Assembly: GCA_043228905.1 (NCBI GenBank)
Contig: JBHGNT010000014.1
Location: 6,324,001-6,388,000, forward strand
Direction of reading: 5' to 3'
Source of the DNA: Azolla caroliniana
Lineage: Eukaryota > Plantae > Polypodiophyta
Length of the DNA: 64,000 bases
The notes under the pieces are model-generated. The model saw only the letters and a program-made list of their open reading frames with translations, had not been told where the DNA came from and did no database searches. The translations under genes and the position numbers were made by a program. Of the stretch, positions 24,524-38,532 are shown in pieces. Numbering within the stretch: the stretch's first letter is position 1; each line of letters starts with the position of its first letter.

Positions 24524-27500
24524 GTTCAAGTTTTCGATTAAGCCTTCGTCTATTTTCTATTACTATCCAAATGAGCTGGTTGGTCTAAGCTTCCACACAT
24601 TAACCTTCACATTGTATCAGAGCGTGAGGGTTGAGAATCCTCTATGGCCAACAAGTGATTCGTCAAAGACAAACCCAAACCTAACAATTGGTAAGAATAG
24701 AAAGAAGATATGGACATAGGGATGGCAAGCTCGCTTCCGACTGAGAAGCTCGACAGGAACAACTATGCATCTTGGTCGTACAAGATGCACCAGTACTGGT
24801 TAGGCCACAGTTACTGGAGTTATGTCAAAAGAGCGAACGAAGTAGCGCCGGAGCCAACACACAAGGACTTCCTGGTGTGGGAGCAAGGAGTGATCAGGGT
24901 GTTGTACTGCCTCGTGTCCTGTGTGCATGATCAATTCCGAACCTTCCATGAGTGGGGGGAGTCAAGGTGGCACCGAAAACCGTTAATCAAAAGCCAATAC
25001 GGAATGCTAGTATTGTGGCAAGAAAAGCCATTGAGAGAGCAAGTGCTAGAAGAAGCACGCCGATTCGGATAAATCCGGATCTCGCAAGGCTAGCCAAGGA
25101 AATCAGCAGAGCTTGCACTATGTAGAGTGGAAAAGGGCCAACCTTCGTGATGAAGCACAAGGAGAACCCAATGAAGAGGACGAAATCTGAATCGGAGGAA
25201 GTGTCGAACCACATGACGGGCCACGAAGAGTGGTTCTCCTATCTGGAAAAGCCGGAGCAACCGGGAGTTGTTGAAACCGGAGATGACACTCCACACCCGA
25301 TCGAGCATGTCGGAGTAGTCCCTTTGAGTCATGTCGGACAAAAAGGGAAAGTTGATGAATGTACTACATGTTCCGACAATTACGAAAAACCTGGTGTCGC
25401 TCAGATGGTACTCCTTATCGACTCCGACTCCGACTCTGACCCTCGACAATTCCAATCATCCGATTTCGGAGGATGAGGCCAGTGAGCCTGAACTGATCCC
25501 AACAAAAGAAGAAGAAGAATTCGGTGCTCGAGACGAGAGTCCGATCTCATTTCGACTAAGTGGACTGAATGAGTGATTGAGTTGGAACAACCAGTTGGAT
25601 GACGAGCCGGCGAGTAGTGGAGACTCGGTTGTGCTATCCCTGCGCAAGGAACCGAGGAGACAGTTCACACGCAAAGAGAAGGGGAAGAAGAAGATGTCGG
25701 AATACGACATCGACAGAGATGAGTCAGATTGGAGCGAATCCGACTCCGGAAAGAACAAGGACGGACCTTTGGGAACGAAGTCTGAGTCAGCCAAAAGGAC
25801 CCTTAAATCGGTTAACAAGAAATTATGCCAATCAACCCACCAAAAGAATCTCGTGAAGCGGTATGACTATAATCAGTACATTGCGCATCACTATGCGTAC
25901 TTGACGAAAGTGGTGGAAGTGCGTGAGCCGGAGAGCTACGCAAAAGCGGTGAAAGATGCAAACTCGCGTACCGCGATGGAGGAAGAAATGCAGGCATCGA
26001 TACCAATGACACCAAGGATCTGGTTGACCCTCCCCGACACTGCAAACTGATCAACTACAAGTGGCTATACAAGGTAAAGTATAATGCCGAAGGTTCGGTC
26101 AACCGGTACAAGGCGCAATTAGTGGCCAAAGGATATGTGCAAACCCAAGAAATCGACTACAACGAGACCTTCGCTCCGATAGTGAAAATGACGACGGTTG
26201 GTGTGGTGTTGGCAGTTGCTACGACATGGGGTGGCATCTTCACCAAATGGATGTGAAGAATGTGTTTCTTCAAGGCAACCTTGAAGAACAAGTCTACATG
26301 ATTCAACCCCCCGGTTTTCAATCGGAGATAAACAAGTCAATAGTGTGCCGAATCAAGAAGTCGCTCTACGGCTTGAAGCAAGCCCCCCGAGCTTGGAATT
26401 CGAAAATCACGCACAGGTTGCGTAAGATCGGGTTTGCGGTCTCAAATTCCGACTCTTTGCTATTCATCTGGAGAGGATTGGAAGGTTCGGTGTGCATCTT
26501 GCTGTATGTGGATGATCTAGTCATCACCGGACCTGGACTCGTTGAAATCGGCCAACTGAAGTCCCAAATGTTGGATGCCTTCAAAATGAAGGACTTGGGG
26601 GACCTTCATTATTTCCTCCAGATCAAAGTGATCCATACACCCGATGACATCTTGCTCTCATAGCGACACTATGTGTTGAATATGTTGTATAAATTCAGCA
26701 TGGCAGAATTGTTGACCAATCTCCACACCCCTGGATCAGAACCTGAAGCTTCGTCCCAACTTCGGACTGGCTTGCAACCAGAAATGGTTCTGACAAATTG
26801 TCGGAAACCTCATTATACTTAAAAATCATCCAACCCGACATCAGCTATCTGGTCGGAGCGATCAATCAATTTATGGAGAAGCCAACCATTGAGCACCTCT
26901 AGTGTGCGCATCGATTACTGAGATATGTGAACAACACTAAGGATCGGGGACTGTTATACCAACACAATATAACCTAAAAGCTAGTCGGTTATACAGATGC
27001 CAACTAGGCCGATGACGCGTCAGATCGTCAGTGCACTTCTGGTTTTATGTTCTCTCTTGGGAGCGCAGTTGTTGTGTGGAGCAGCAAAAAGCAACCGACA
27101 GTGGCTTTGCCGAGCATTGAGGCTAAGTATCAGGGCGCTACCATCGCAACTTGTGAAGCCATATGGCTTCGACGGTTACTACAGAACCTCTAGATCGAAG
27201 TGCTGACTCCGATCCCGATCTATTGCGATAACATGAGCAGTATGCAGCTTGCCAAGAATCCCGTGTTTCATGCTCACACCAAGAACATTGAGGTGCACTA
27301 CCACTTCCTGCACTAGCGGGTCCTCAACAGTGAAGTCGAACTTCGGTATGTTCGGACAGATCGGCAGGTTGCCAACATCTTCACCAAGGCACTCGGAACC
27401 ACTATGTTGCAACACTTTTCGGAGATGCTTGGTCTTCAGCATCTCGACGTGCCGCACTTGAGGACAAATAGGCAAGTTGCTAACATCTTCACCAAGGCAC

Positions 27501-28641
27501 TCGGAACCGATAAGTTGCAGCACTTTTTGGAGATGCTTGGTCTTCAGCATCTCGACGTGCCGCACTTGAGGGTTATAAAGGAAAAGGAGGAAACCGAAAC
27601 GGAAATTAGGAAGACAGGTATAGGCACTAGACAATCTGCCAGAGAGGAGGAAACAACCAAAACAGGGGCAGACAAGGATGAAAATGTAGCCGAATCCGAA
27701 CACGTCGGGACAAGCGGTAATGATAGTAGAGTCAAGAAGGACTGAGCCGACCGAAAGAAGAAGGCCAAGACTCAAATGTGGTCCGATGTTGTGAAGGGCT
27801 TGAAGATCAAGGACGAATTGGAGATAACCAATTCAAACAAGAGCTAGAATGAATCGGAGCAGCCGATTCGGAGGAGCTGAGTCAACTTAAGGCCAAGTAG
27901 ACAAGAAGGCAGTAGAAGGTCAACGGATATAAGGGTCGATTAGTGCGAAGGGCTACGTGTAGAAACACGACATCGATTACGATGAGAGCTTCGTGCCGGT
28001 CGCGAAGATGATAACTGTGTGTGTATTGTTGGTGGTAGCAATGGCATAGGGGTGGCACTTACATCAAATGGATGTAAAGAACATGTTCCTACAAGGAAAT
28101 CTTGAAGAACATGTGTACATGGTACAACCCCCCGGATTTCTATCCGAATGAAACACCTCAGCAGTTTGCTAATTGAAGAAGTCATTGTATGGACTGAAAT
28201 AAGCCTTGTGTGCCTAGAATGCGAAGATCACGCAAAGGTTGCGTAAGATGGGGGTTGCTCCATCAAAATTGGACTTTTCATTGTTCATTCGGTTGAGTAC
28301 AACGCCGAAGGCTCGGTCAACCGATATAAGGCTAGATTAGTGTGAAGGGCTACACGTAGAAACACGGCATTGATTACGATGAGACCTTCATGCTGGTTGC
28401 GAAGATGACAATTCTCCGTGTATTGTTGGCGGTAATAGTGGCAAAGGGGTACCACTTACATCAAATGGATGTAAAGAATGCGTTCCTACAAGGCAATATT
28501 GAGGAACAGGTGTACATGGAACAACCCCGCGGATTTCTATCCAAATGAAACACCTTGGCAGTTTGCCGATTGAAGAAGGTATTGTATGGACTTGATCAAG
28601 CCCCCCATGCCTAGAACGCGAAGATCACGCAAAGATTGCGT
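24114..28641 (+). mobile_element. Rearranged, internally deleted Copia: 5' LTR 24114-24611, PBS 24612-24623, gag/pol fragments
   Basis: TGTTGAG...CTTCACA LTR followed by (T)TGTATCAGAGC. Gag KLDRNNYASWSYKM; [18 protein letters not shown] and YVDDL; RH with a 108-bp tandem duplication; repeated RT fragments at 27935-28640. Confidence 0.8.
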
Positions 28642-29481
28642 TGTCGTGAGGATTTTTGGCCATGGTGAGAAAACCAAGTGGGATGGATAAAATGGGGATG
28701 TGCAACATTGCACATGCACTTGGAAGATTTGTAAAAGAAACAAATGTAAAAAAGGAAGGGTAAATGTAAGGTGTTAAAAGTGCACTACGAAAATTCATAA
28801 AGTGTAAATGTGATGTGCACTTATGTGCACATGCACATGTAGAATAAAGGGAGAGTACATGAAGTACGAGTGTAGTGAGTAGTGGGCATAGTGTGTGTGT
28901 GAGGAGAGGGAGTTAAGGCTCCATCAATCTCTCCTCTTAAGATCAAGGCCAAATATTCCCCCATTGAAAGAAGGGGGGGTTGACCTCTTCTTTATGTAAT
29001 GTGCATCACCCCTTACTACTATGAAAGGGAGTGAGGGGCCATTTTTGAGGGGCTTCCACTTTTGGGATTTCTTTGGGGAGTGGCCATTTTGTTGTTAGAG
29101 GTAGACCCTTACGATTTTCTTCATTCTTTTCCCCGATTTCGTTTTAGGGTTTCGGTTTTAGGTTCCCCTTTCGTATCATTTCCCTTCTCTCGATTAGGGT
29201 TTAGTTCTTCTTCCTATTCGCTTGGGTTTTCTTCTATTTGTGCTTGAGACTGGCTTATGGACGTGGTTGTAATCATATCATGGTTTTCATGCCCTATAGT
29301 GTAATTTGCTTGTTTAACCTTGTCTTGATCTATTTCTCTATCGTATTAATCTCTTCTTCTTTCTCCTACCCTTTTGAGCTCGAAGGCCGTAAGGGATAAC
29401 CTCCCATTTCCCCTCTATTCCCTAGTCCAAGACTCCCGTGGTCCTGCCCAAGCCGACACGTACTCGCGGATTTTCGTGACA
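28642..29481. mobile_element. Solo LTR (840 bp) inserted in a Copia RT
   Basis: Termini TGTCGTGA...TCGTGACA are flanked by GCGT/GCAT. Removing the insert restores ttgcgtaagatggg, as in the uninterrupted copy at ~28240. Confidence 0.75.
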
Positions 29482-31891
29482 GCATAAGATGGGGTCTGCT
29501 CCATCAAATTCGGACTCATCACTATTCATTTGGCTGAGTCGAACTAGACCGATTAGCCTTCTACTATATGAAGATGATCTTAGTCATCGTCGGTGCCGAC
29601 CTCGGAGAAATCAACCAAGTAAAGTCTCAGCTTGCGGCATCATTCGAGATGAAGGATCTGGAGGACCTTCATTATTTCCTCGGGATCAAAGTGATCTGAA
29701 CCCTCGAAGACATATTGATCAACAAATGTCATTATGTGTTGAATATGCTCTTCAAGTTCGGGATGGAGCATTGTAAGTTCATCTCAACCCCGCTAGATAG
29801 AAACGTGAAGCTTCGTCGAGATTCGGGAGAGGCGTGTGACCCGACATGGTTCCAACAAATTGTCGGGAGCCTTATTTATTTGACAATCACTCGGTCAGAC
29901 CTCAGCTACCCGGTCGGCCTAATCAGTCAATTCATGTCGCAGCCAAAGGCCGAACACCATCTATGCGCGCAAAGGATATTGAGATATGTCAACGACACTA
30001 AGGATAGGGTGTTGTTGTATCGGGCAAGAGTAGTCGAAGAGTTAGTCAGCTACATGAGTGCCGATTAGGCCGGAAATGCCGGTGATCACAAGTCAACATT
30101 TGGGTTTGCATTTTCATTGGGAAGCACCGCGATCACCTGGAGCAGTAAAAAGCAGCTAACGGTGGCACTGTCGAGCACTGAGGCCGAGTATCGATCGGCA
30201 GCTGTCACCATGTTCGAAGCCATTTGGTTCAAAAGGTTACTAAAGGATCTACATATAAAGGTGTCCGAGCTGACAAACATATTCTGTGACAACCTTAGCA
30301 ACATCCAGTTAGCGAAGAACCATGTCTTCCACACACGGACAAAGCAGCCGACGGTGGCACTGTCGAGCACTGAGGCCGAGTATCGATCGGCGGCTATCGC
30401 CATGTTCGAAGCCATTTGGTTCAAAAGGTTACTAAAGGATCTACATATAGAGGTGTCCGAGCTGACAAACATATTCTATGACAACCTTAGCAACATCCAG
30501 TTAGCGAAGAACCATGTCTTCCACACACGGACAAAGCACATCGAGGTGCACTATCATTTTGTCCGTGAGTGTGTCCTCTCTAGTGAAGTCAAACTAGTGT
30601 GTGTAACGACCGATCAGCAGGTTGCCAATATCTTCACCAAACCTCTTGGCCGAGACAAGTTGCGGCAATTCTCGGGCATGCTTGGCATTCAGCGCCTTGA
30701 TATGAAAAACTTGAGGGGGGGGAGTGAAGATGAAAAGGAGAGAGACAAAGTCCAAAAAGACGAATCGGATGAAGAATTCGATTTCGGCATGACTAAAGAA
30801 GTCGGAACGTTTGGATTGGCTAGAGAAGCCAAGGACGCATGGACAGATGGAAGAAGATCAGCTAAGAAGAGACTAGCCAGATGCAGGGGGAGCGAGCCGA
30901 AGCCAGAGCCAACGGAACCAAGGAGAAGTGAAGCCAAGAAGGGCAAGAAAGGCTGCAAAGTCGAAAAGGACAGAGTCAGCCGAACAAAGGTCAAGACCAA
31001 GGCATGGGCATATGTGTTCAAGGGCTTGAAGGAGGACGAATTGGAGATAGCCAATTCGGACAAGAGTTGCAACAAATTGGAACCAACCGATTCGATCATG
31101 GAAAGTGATTCGGACGAGCCGAATTACTCAGAGGCCAAGCGGACGAGGAGACAATCGAAGCCGACGCCGACACGGAGGAGCTGACAGGTCAAGGGGTGCC
31201 AATACCGCGACAATAAGGGACATAACAAGGGCCTTGGAAGAAGACAAGTCGACTGTAAGGGTCAAGGTGTGCGGAACCAGACGGGTCGAGGAGTGTTGGA
31301 CAGAAGGGGTCATGGAACGCATGGCCGAACTAGACGAGGAGCACGACCGAGGCATCGAGACGCCAAGAGAAGAGGCTAGAATGACGTACCATCTAGAACT
31401 CACACGGAGGTACCTCATGTTAAACTTAAGGGGGAGTGTTGAGAGACAAGCTCAACATCGTCCGAATCGGTTGATAAAGCCGAGGATCGAGAGCCGAGGG
31501 TTGAGAGCCAAGAGCTGGGAGCTGAATCGAAGAAAGTTCAACTTGGGTGGGCCGAGTCGGAAGAATTCCAAAAAGGTCGTTGAGGGCCTATATTCCTATT
31601 ATGGTAGATAGGAATTTTGTAGGCAGAATTAGTGTCAGGCTCATTTATGAGCATTCAAGTACAGACGGTACTTGTGTCAGTCCACTAGTCAGGGGCATGT
31701 ATAAAAAGTGCTCACTGAACAAAGTATATGTACAGAGTGTTCATTATTCAAAATTGAAGTTGTTGTTTTCTCTCTCTGTCTCTCTCTCTCACCATTCTCT
31801 GTGTTTTCCTAACTGTCGAGTTTTCGAAACCAACTATGTACTCAATTCAGTGTCTATCGCACACGCTTCCACATACGTATTCTTTTTCACA
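29482..31891 (+). mobile_element. Copia RT-RNase H 3' part with long charged tail, PPT and 3' LTR (31437-31891)
   Basis: VALSSTEAEY and RTKHIEVHYHF, with a 192-bp tandem duplication. PPT AAGGGGGAG precedes TGTTGAG at 31437; the LTR ends TTTTTCACA. Confidence 0.8.
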
Positions 31892-32612
31892 ATTCAATCG
31901 AATGCGGATATTGTGGTATACCCGCCATCAATTCTGACCGTGACGACCATGGCGGAATGTTCGTGATGAGACATAGAGCCAATTCTATGTCTGACTCTAT
32001 TTCGACTAGTGTGTCCGGTCCGGAAGACGTATGGTTGGTCGACTCCGGTGCTTCGAACCATATGACATCTAACCAAGAATGGTTCCGAGACTTAGGAGAG
32101 CCGGATCAACCTGGCTATGTCGAAACCAGAGACGACACTACTCATCCGATTCGGCATGTCGGCAATGTCCCATTCGGGAAAGAAGGTGAACAAACTTGTA
32201 TAAAAAAGGTCTTGCATGTACCCACCATAACAAAGAATTTGGTCTCGGTCGGCCAAATTGTGGAGTTGCAAGTTTGATTCAACCAAGGTGGTTGCTTCAT
32301 CGAGAATGAAGGCCGACTAATTGCTCGTGGTCGAAGGGAAGGCCGAATGTTTATCCTCGAATAGAACGAGCTAAAATCGACCATGTTAGCAAAGGGCCTC
32401 AAAGCCAACACCGGCATAGAGCTATGGCATAAAAGAATCGGTCATATCAATCTCAACAAACTCGAGGCGATGCAATTGAAAGGAGTCGTCATTGGACTTC
32501 CGACGTTCAAAGAGAAAGAGTTTGAAGGAGTATGTGGAGCATGCCAATTCAACAAGCAACATCGGCACTCGTTCCCAAAGGAGATGAACATGAGCAAAGG
32601 CCTATTGGAGGT

Positions 32613-33210
32613 TGTTCCGAAACTTAGTAGCACTTAAACACTTATGTAAAACAGAAAATATGTTGTGCAAGATTTAAAAAGAAAACAAGAAAGATACACA
32701 ACAAATCAATACACAATACACCACAAATTTTTAACGTGGAAAACCCTCAAAGAGGTAAAAACCACGAGACCTAGTCCAGAACTAATGCACTATCAATATA
32801 AATCTGATACACCAAAGTTTTACTCTAAACAAGTTAGAGTACTATGAGCAATCGAGGAATATGATGTTTCCTCAAAAATGAAAACTCAACAAAAAGGAAC
32901 GCAAAAACCACCAAAACTCACAACACGTGGCTGATGACGGAGGCGGCGATGTCCGGATGTCTGAGTGTGTTGGTGTACTTTAGAAAGATTGAAGGAATTA
33001 GCTAAGAAAGAGAGTATGGGCTCTCTAAAATCTGTTTTTCTCTGTTGCATTAGAGAAATGCTCGTTTTTCCCTTTTTAACACACTCAAAAAAGAATGAGT
33101 TACATAGTGTAGATTGTGTGAACCCCTTTCACACTATTTTAAAAACTACAAGCTTTGGGCGTCCAAGGCCCATTTTATTTACTTATTAATGTGGACAAAA
33201 AAACCTAACA
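32613..33210 (-). repeat. 3' LTR of Copia 32613-37844
   Basis: TG...CA termini; about 12 differences from the other LTR, counted by eye. Confidence 0.95.
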
Positions 33211-36200
33211 ATCCCCCCCTCTGGCCACATAGGAGAAGATTCCATTGAATCACTTAGTTTCTGTTCATTCCAGCCAACTTGACACATAGCTCAAGCTTTA
33301 CTTTAGAGACTACCTTCGTCAACATGTTAGGAACATTTTCATCTGTGTGAATTTTCTTGAGTTGTAGAAGTTGATCTTCAATTGCCGAGCGCAACCAATG
33401 ATACCTTACATCAATATGTTTCGTACGAGAATGGTACATCGAGCTCTTGCTTAGATCTATTGCACTTTGGCTATCACAAAATATCACATAAGTTAGTTGA
33501 CTTAACCCAAATCTGAAACAAACCTTTTCAACCATAGCATCTCTTTGGCAACTTCAGTGGCTGCAATATATTCTGCTTCTGTTGTAGACAAAGCATCACA
33601 TTTTTGCAACTTAGATTGCCATGACACGGCTCCCCTTGCAAATGTAAATAAGTAAGCCGAAGTACATTTTCTCCCATCGAGATCCCCTGCCATATCTGAA
33701 TCTGAAAAACCTTCAAGAGTTTGTTTAGAATCTCCAAAACATAAACATACTTTTGATGTACCTCTTAAATATCGAAAGATCCATTTTACGGCATCCCAAT
33801 GAGACTTACCTGGATTGGAGAGATATCTACTTACAACACTAACGGCATGGGCAATATCCGGCCCTGTGCTAACCATAGCATACATCAACGAACCAATCGC
33901 TAAAGAGTAAGGAATTGAGGACATCTCTTCTTTCTCTTGCTCAGTATGTGGACAGTCTTTTCTACATAATTTAAAATGGCTAGCAAGGGGGTACTTATTG
34001 GTTTTGCATTATGCATATTAAACCTTTCTAATACTCGTTCTATGTATTTTTCTTGAGAAAGCCACAACTTTCCACATTCCCTATTGCGAGTAATTTTCAT
34101 GCCTAAAAATGCTTAGCATGACCTAGATCTTTCATGTCAAAGGCCTTAGATGGATCCACCTTTAAAAGAATTAGCATATCTTGTCCTACAATTAGCATAT
34201 CATCGACATACAATAAAAGAATTATAAAATTACCTTCAGAAAAATGCTTAACATACACACAATGATCTCCATTAGTCTTGGTGTAGTCTTGACTTGCCAT
34301 AAATGAATCGAACCTTCTATACCATTGTCGCGGTGCTTGTTTTAGGCCGTAAAGACTTTTCCTCAACTTGCATACCATATGCTCCTTTCCTTTCTCTTCG
34401 AAACCCTCCGGTTGTTCCATGTACATCTCTTCCTTCAAGTCTCCATGCAAGAAAGTTGTCTTTACATCGAGCTGCTCAATCTCAAGATTTAAAGTGGCTG
34501 CCAAACCTAAAACAACTCGAATAGAACTCATTTTCACAACTGGTGAGAAAATTTCATCGAAATCAATACCTTTCTTTCGGCCAAAACCGTTTACAACTAA
34601 ACAAGCCTTATGTTTTACAAGGTTACCATCACCTTGTTTTAACTTAAACACCCATTTATTTTTCAAAACTTTTCTTCCCTTAGGAAGTTCTACTAAATCA
34701 AAGGTATTATTTTTCTTTAATGAGTTCATTTCGTCCTGCATGGCTTTTAACCAATCATCCTTATCTTTATGGTTTAAAACTTCATAATAACTTTCAAGCT
34801 CCCCTTCGTCAGAGATTAAAACATAATCTGAACTAGGATACCTTATAGATGGTTTTCGTTCTCTAGTAGACCTTCTAGGTTGTTCATTGACCACCTCTTG
34901 TAAGGAAGTTTGCTCCCCCCGTTCAAAACCTATTTGAGGTAAAATATTATCATGATTAGCTTCAACCCTATTATTTATAATACCTAGTTCATCAACATCC
35001 TCACGGTTTTCATCTTGTTGGGAAGCATCTCCATATGTAGCATCTTCGGTCGTAGGAATCGGGTCAAAATCAATAAGCCCATCATCTTCTTTAGTGTTAG
35101 ATTCTTTGACCTTCTTAATATCTTCGATAGTTTGATCCTCAACGAATACCACATCATGACTTCGAATGAGCCTCCTTTCTATTGGGTCATAACATTTGTA
35201 ACCAAACTCATCTTGGCCATAACCAATAAAAATACATTCTTTAGATTTAACATCTAATTTAGACCGTTCATCTTTAGGTATATGTACAAAGCATTTACAC
35301 CCAAACACACGTAAATGATCATATGAAACATTCTTACCATACCAAACTCTATTAGGAACGTCGCCCTGCAATGCAACAATAGGAGATAGGTTAATAACAT
35401 ATGCAACGGTACTCAAAGTCTCACCCCAAAAGGATTTGGATAACTTCGCATCTGAGAGCAAACATCGAACTCTTTCAACTAGAGTCCTATTCATCCTTTC
35501 CGCCAAGCCGTTTAGTTGTGGGGTTTTTGGTGGTGTCCTTTGATGCTGAATCCCGTGCTCTCGACAATATGCATCGAAAGCTCCAAGGTATTCCCCACCA
35601 TTGTCGGTGCGAATGCATTTCAGTTTTTTTCCTGTCTCTCTTTCTACAGAATGTTCGAATCCAAAGTTTCCTAGAATAGTCATCAATAAAAGTAACAAAG
35701 TAGAGTGTACCACCTATTGATTTTACCTTTAAAGGACCACAAACATCTGAATGTACCAACTCAAGTACCTCTTCCTTTCTTGAAGAAGAATGTTGTTTGA
35801 ACGCGACTCTTCTTTGCTTTCCTACCACACAATGATTGCACATGTCTAACTTGGCATCTTTTAGACCCGGAAGCAAGCTTTTCTTTGCTAGAAAATCAAG
35901 CCTCTTCTCACTAATATGAGATAACCTTTTATGTCATAGCTCGGACATATTGTTGCTTTCAGTTGCATTCACAAGATTAGTAGAAATAGATGCTTGTAAT
36001 AAATACAAACTAGAGCATTTCTTACCACGAGCTACAACCAATGAGTCCTTAGTGAGTTTCCATTGTCCCTCATTGAAGATGTTGCAATAGCCATCATCAT
36101 CTAATCTGTCGGTTGAGTTAAGATGTAAGCGAATGTCGGGTACATGTCTTACCTCCTTGAGAATCAACTTTGAACCCGTGTTGGTTTCCAAACAAATAGT

Positions 36201-37246
36201 CCCGATGCCTACCACCTTTGAAATACCGTCATTGCCCATCTTCACAACTCCAAAATCCCCTGAAGTATAAGAAGTAAAAAACTCCCTTCTAGGTGTGACA
36301 TGGAACAATGCTCCACTATCAACAACCCAATTAGTTTCATTGTGAGCAAGATTAATCACGTTTTCATCATAAACAACAAGTAATTCATCTGATGAAGTTG
36401 TATTAACACGATTAGAATTGTCATCGTTACCTTTGTTTTCATGCTTACCGCTAGATGTGTGGTTCTCCTTTTTCCACTTGTAACAATACCTCTTTATGTG
36501 TCCTGTTTTACCACAAAAATGACATTCTAGATTTTTATACCTTGGTTTTGATTTACTTCTACTCCTCCCTCGGTTGTTTTGACCTTGTCTTGTATGCTTA
36601 CTCCTCCCTCTCTCAACCATCAAGACCTTCGAATGTGACGATGTCCCTTGTGTCCTTCGTCTCATCTCCTCGTTTAGAACACCGCTCTTGACATATTCCG
36701 TAGTTGCAATTCCATTTGGGGCTGCATTAGTTAGAGATACCCTAAAAGTTTCCCATGAATTAGGGAGAGTGTTTAACAACCATAATGCATTAATCTCATC
36801 ATCAAATTTCACCCCCATACCAAAAAGTTGGTCGAAACATCCTTGAAATTCATTTAGATGATCTAAAATGGAACTACCTTCTTTATACACTAAATGCATT
36901 GCTTGTTTAAGCAAGAATAACTTATTGTTACCTGTCTTTGATGCATACAATGTTTCGAGTTTATTCCATAGAGCTTTAGCATTAGTTTCATTCACAATAT
37001 GGTTTAAGACATTGTCTCCCACCCATTGTCGAATAAAACCACATACCTATTGATTCTCGAAAAGCCATTCCTCGGTAGTTTTGCTCTCTAGTTTAGCATC
37101 TGCAAAAACAGGTAAGTGTAGATTTTTCACAAAAAGAAGATCTTTCATCTTACCTTTCCATTTGTGGTAGTTGGTGTCATTCAAGCAAACCATTGTGGAA
37201 AAATTTGTCGGCATAGGAAGTGCTCAACCTCTGCTCTGATACCACT

Positions 37247-37844
37247 TGTTCTGAAACTTAGTAGCACTTAAACACTTATGTAAAACAGAAAATATGTTGT
37301 GCAAGATTTAAAAAGAAAACAAGAAAGATACACAACAAATCAATACACAATACACCACAAATTTTTAACGTGGAAAACCCTCAAAGAGGTAAAAACCACG
37401 GGACCTAGTCCAGAACTAATGCACTATCAATATAAATATGATACACCAAAGTTCTACTCTAAACAAGTTAGAGTACTATGAGCAATCGAGGAATATGATG
37501 TTTCCTCAAAAATGAAAACTCAACAAAAAGGAACGCAAAAACCACCAAAACTCACAGCACGTGGCTGATGACGGAGGCGGCGATGTCCGGATGTCTGAGT
37601 GTGTTGGTGTACTTTAGAAAGATTGAAGGAATTAGCTAAGAAAGAGAGTATGGGCTCTCTGAAATCTGTTTTTCTCTATTGCATCAGAGAAGTGCTCGTT
37701 TTTCCCTTTTTAACACGCTCAAAAAAGAATGAGTTACATAATGTAGATTGTGTGAACCCCTTTCACACTATTTTAAAAACTACAAGCTTTGGGCGTCCAA
37801 GGCCCATTTTATTTACTTATTAATGTGGACAGAAAAACCTAACA
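37247..37844 (-). repeat. 5' LTR of Copia 32613-37844
   Basis: Adjacent to the PBS; direct repeat of 32613-33210. Confidence 0.95.
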
Positions 37845-38532
37845 GAGGTAGTCCACTCGGATGTGTGGGGACCGGCACAGACAACCACATTCAGAGGATG
37901 TTGGTACTATGTTACCTTCATTGACGACTTCTCTAGATACAAATGGATCTTTCCCATGAGGATGAAGAGCGAAGTGTTTTCACACTTTCAAAAATTCAAA
38001 TGCAAAGTCGAAAAGACAATTGGCCACCATGTACAATGTCTACAGTCGGACGGAGGAAAGGAATACTTCTCCAATGCATTCACAACATACCTTCGCCAAG
38101 AAGGAATTCGGCAAGAATTCACTTGCCGACACACCGCAACAGAAGGGTGTAGCCGAACGCAAGAATCAGCACATCCTCGAAGTAGCCTGGGCCATGCTCA
38201 ACGAGAAGCATATGCCCAAGTCATATTGGGTAGAAGCTGCAAATATTGTCATCTACCTCATGAACCGGTGCAGAACATCCGGAGTGCACGAGGTCACTCC
38301 TCACGAGAAGTATTATGGAAAGAAGTTGGATCTATCCCATGTTAGGATATTCAGCTCACTTGCATACGTGCACATCCCGGACGAGAAGCATAAAAAGCTA
38401 GATCCCATGTCGGAGAAATGGATCCTCGTAGGATACTCATTGGAGCAAAAGGGGTACAAATGCTTCAACCCCTCTACTCGGAAGGTTCGAGTGAGTCGGG
38501 ACATCGTTTTCGACGAATCAACATACTATTAC

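Larger units (their letters stand above)
32613..37844 (-). mobile_element. Full-length but disrupted Ty1/Copia LTR retrotransposon
   Basis: 598-bp LTRs at 32613-33210 and 37247-37844, TSD GAGGT, tRNA-Met PBS at 37233-37244, PPT at 33211-33220. Gag CHFCGKTGHIKRYC, IN, RT and RH are broken by stops and frameshifts. Confidence 0.97.
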
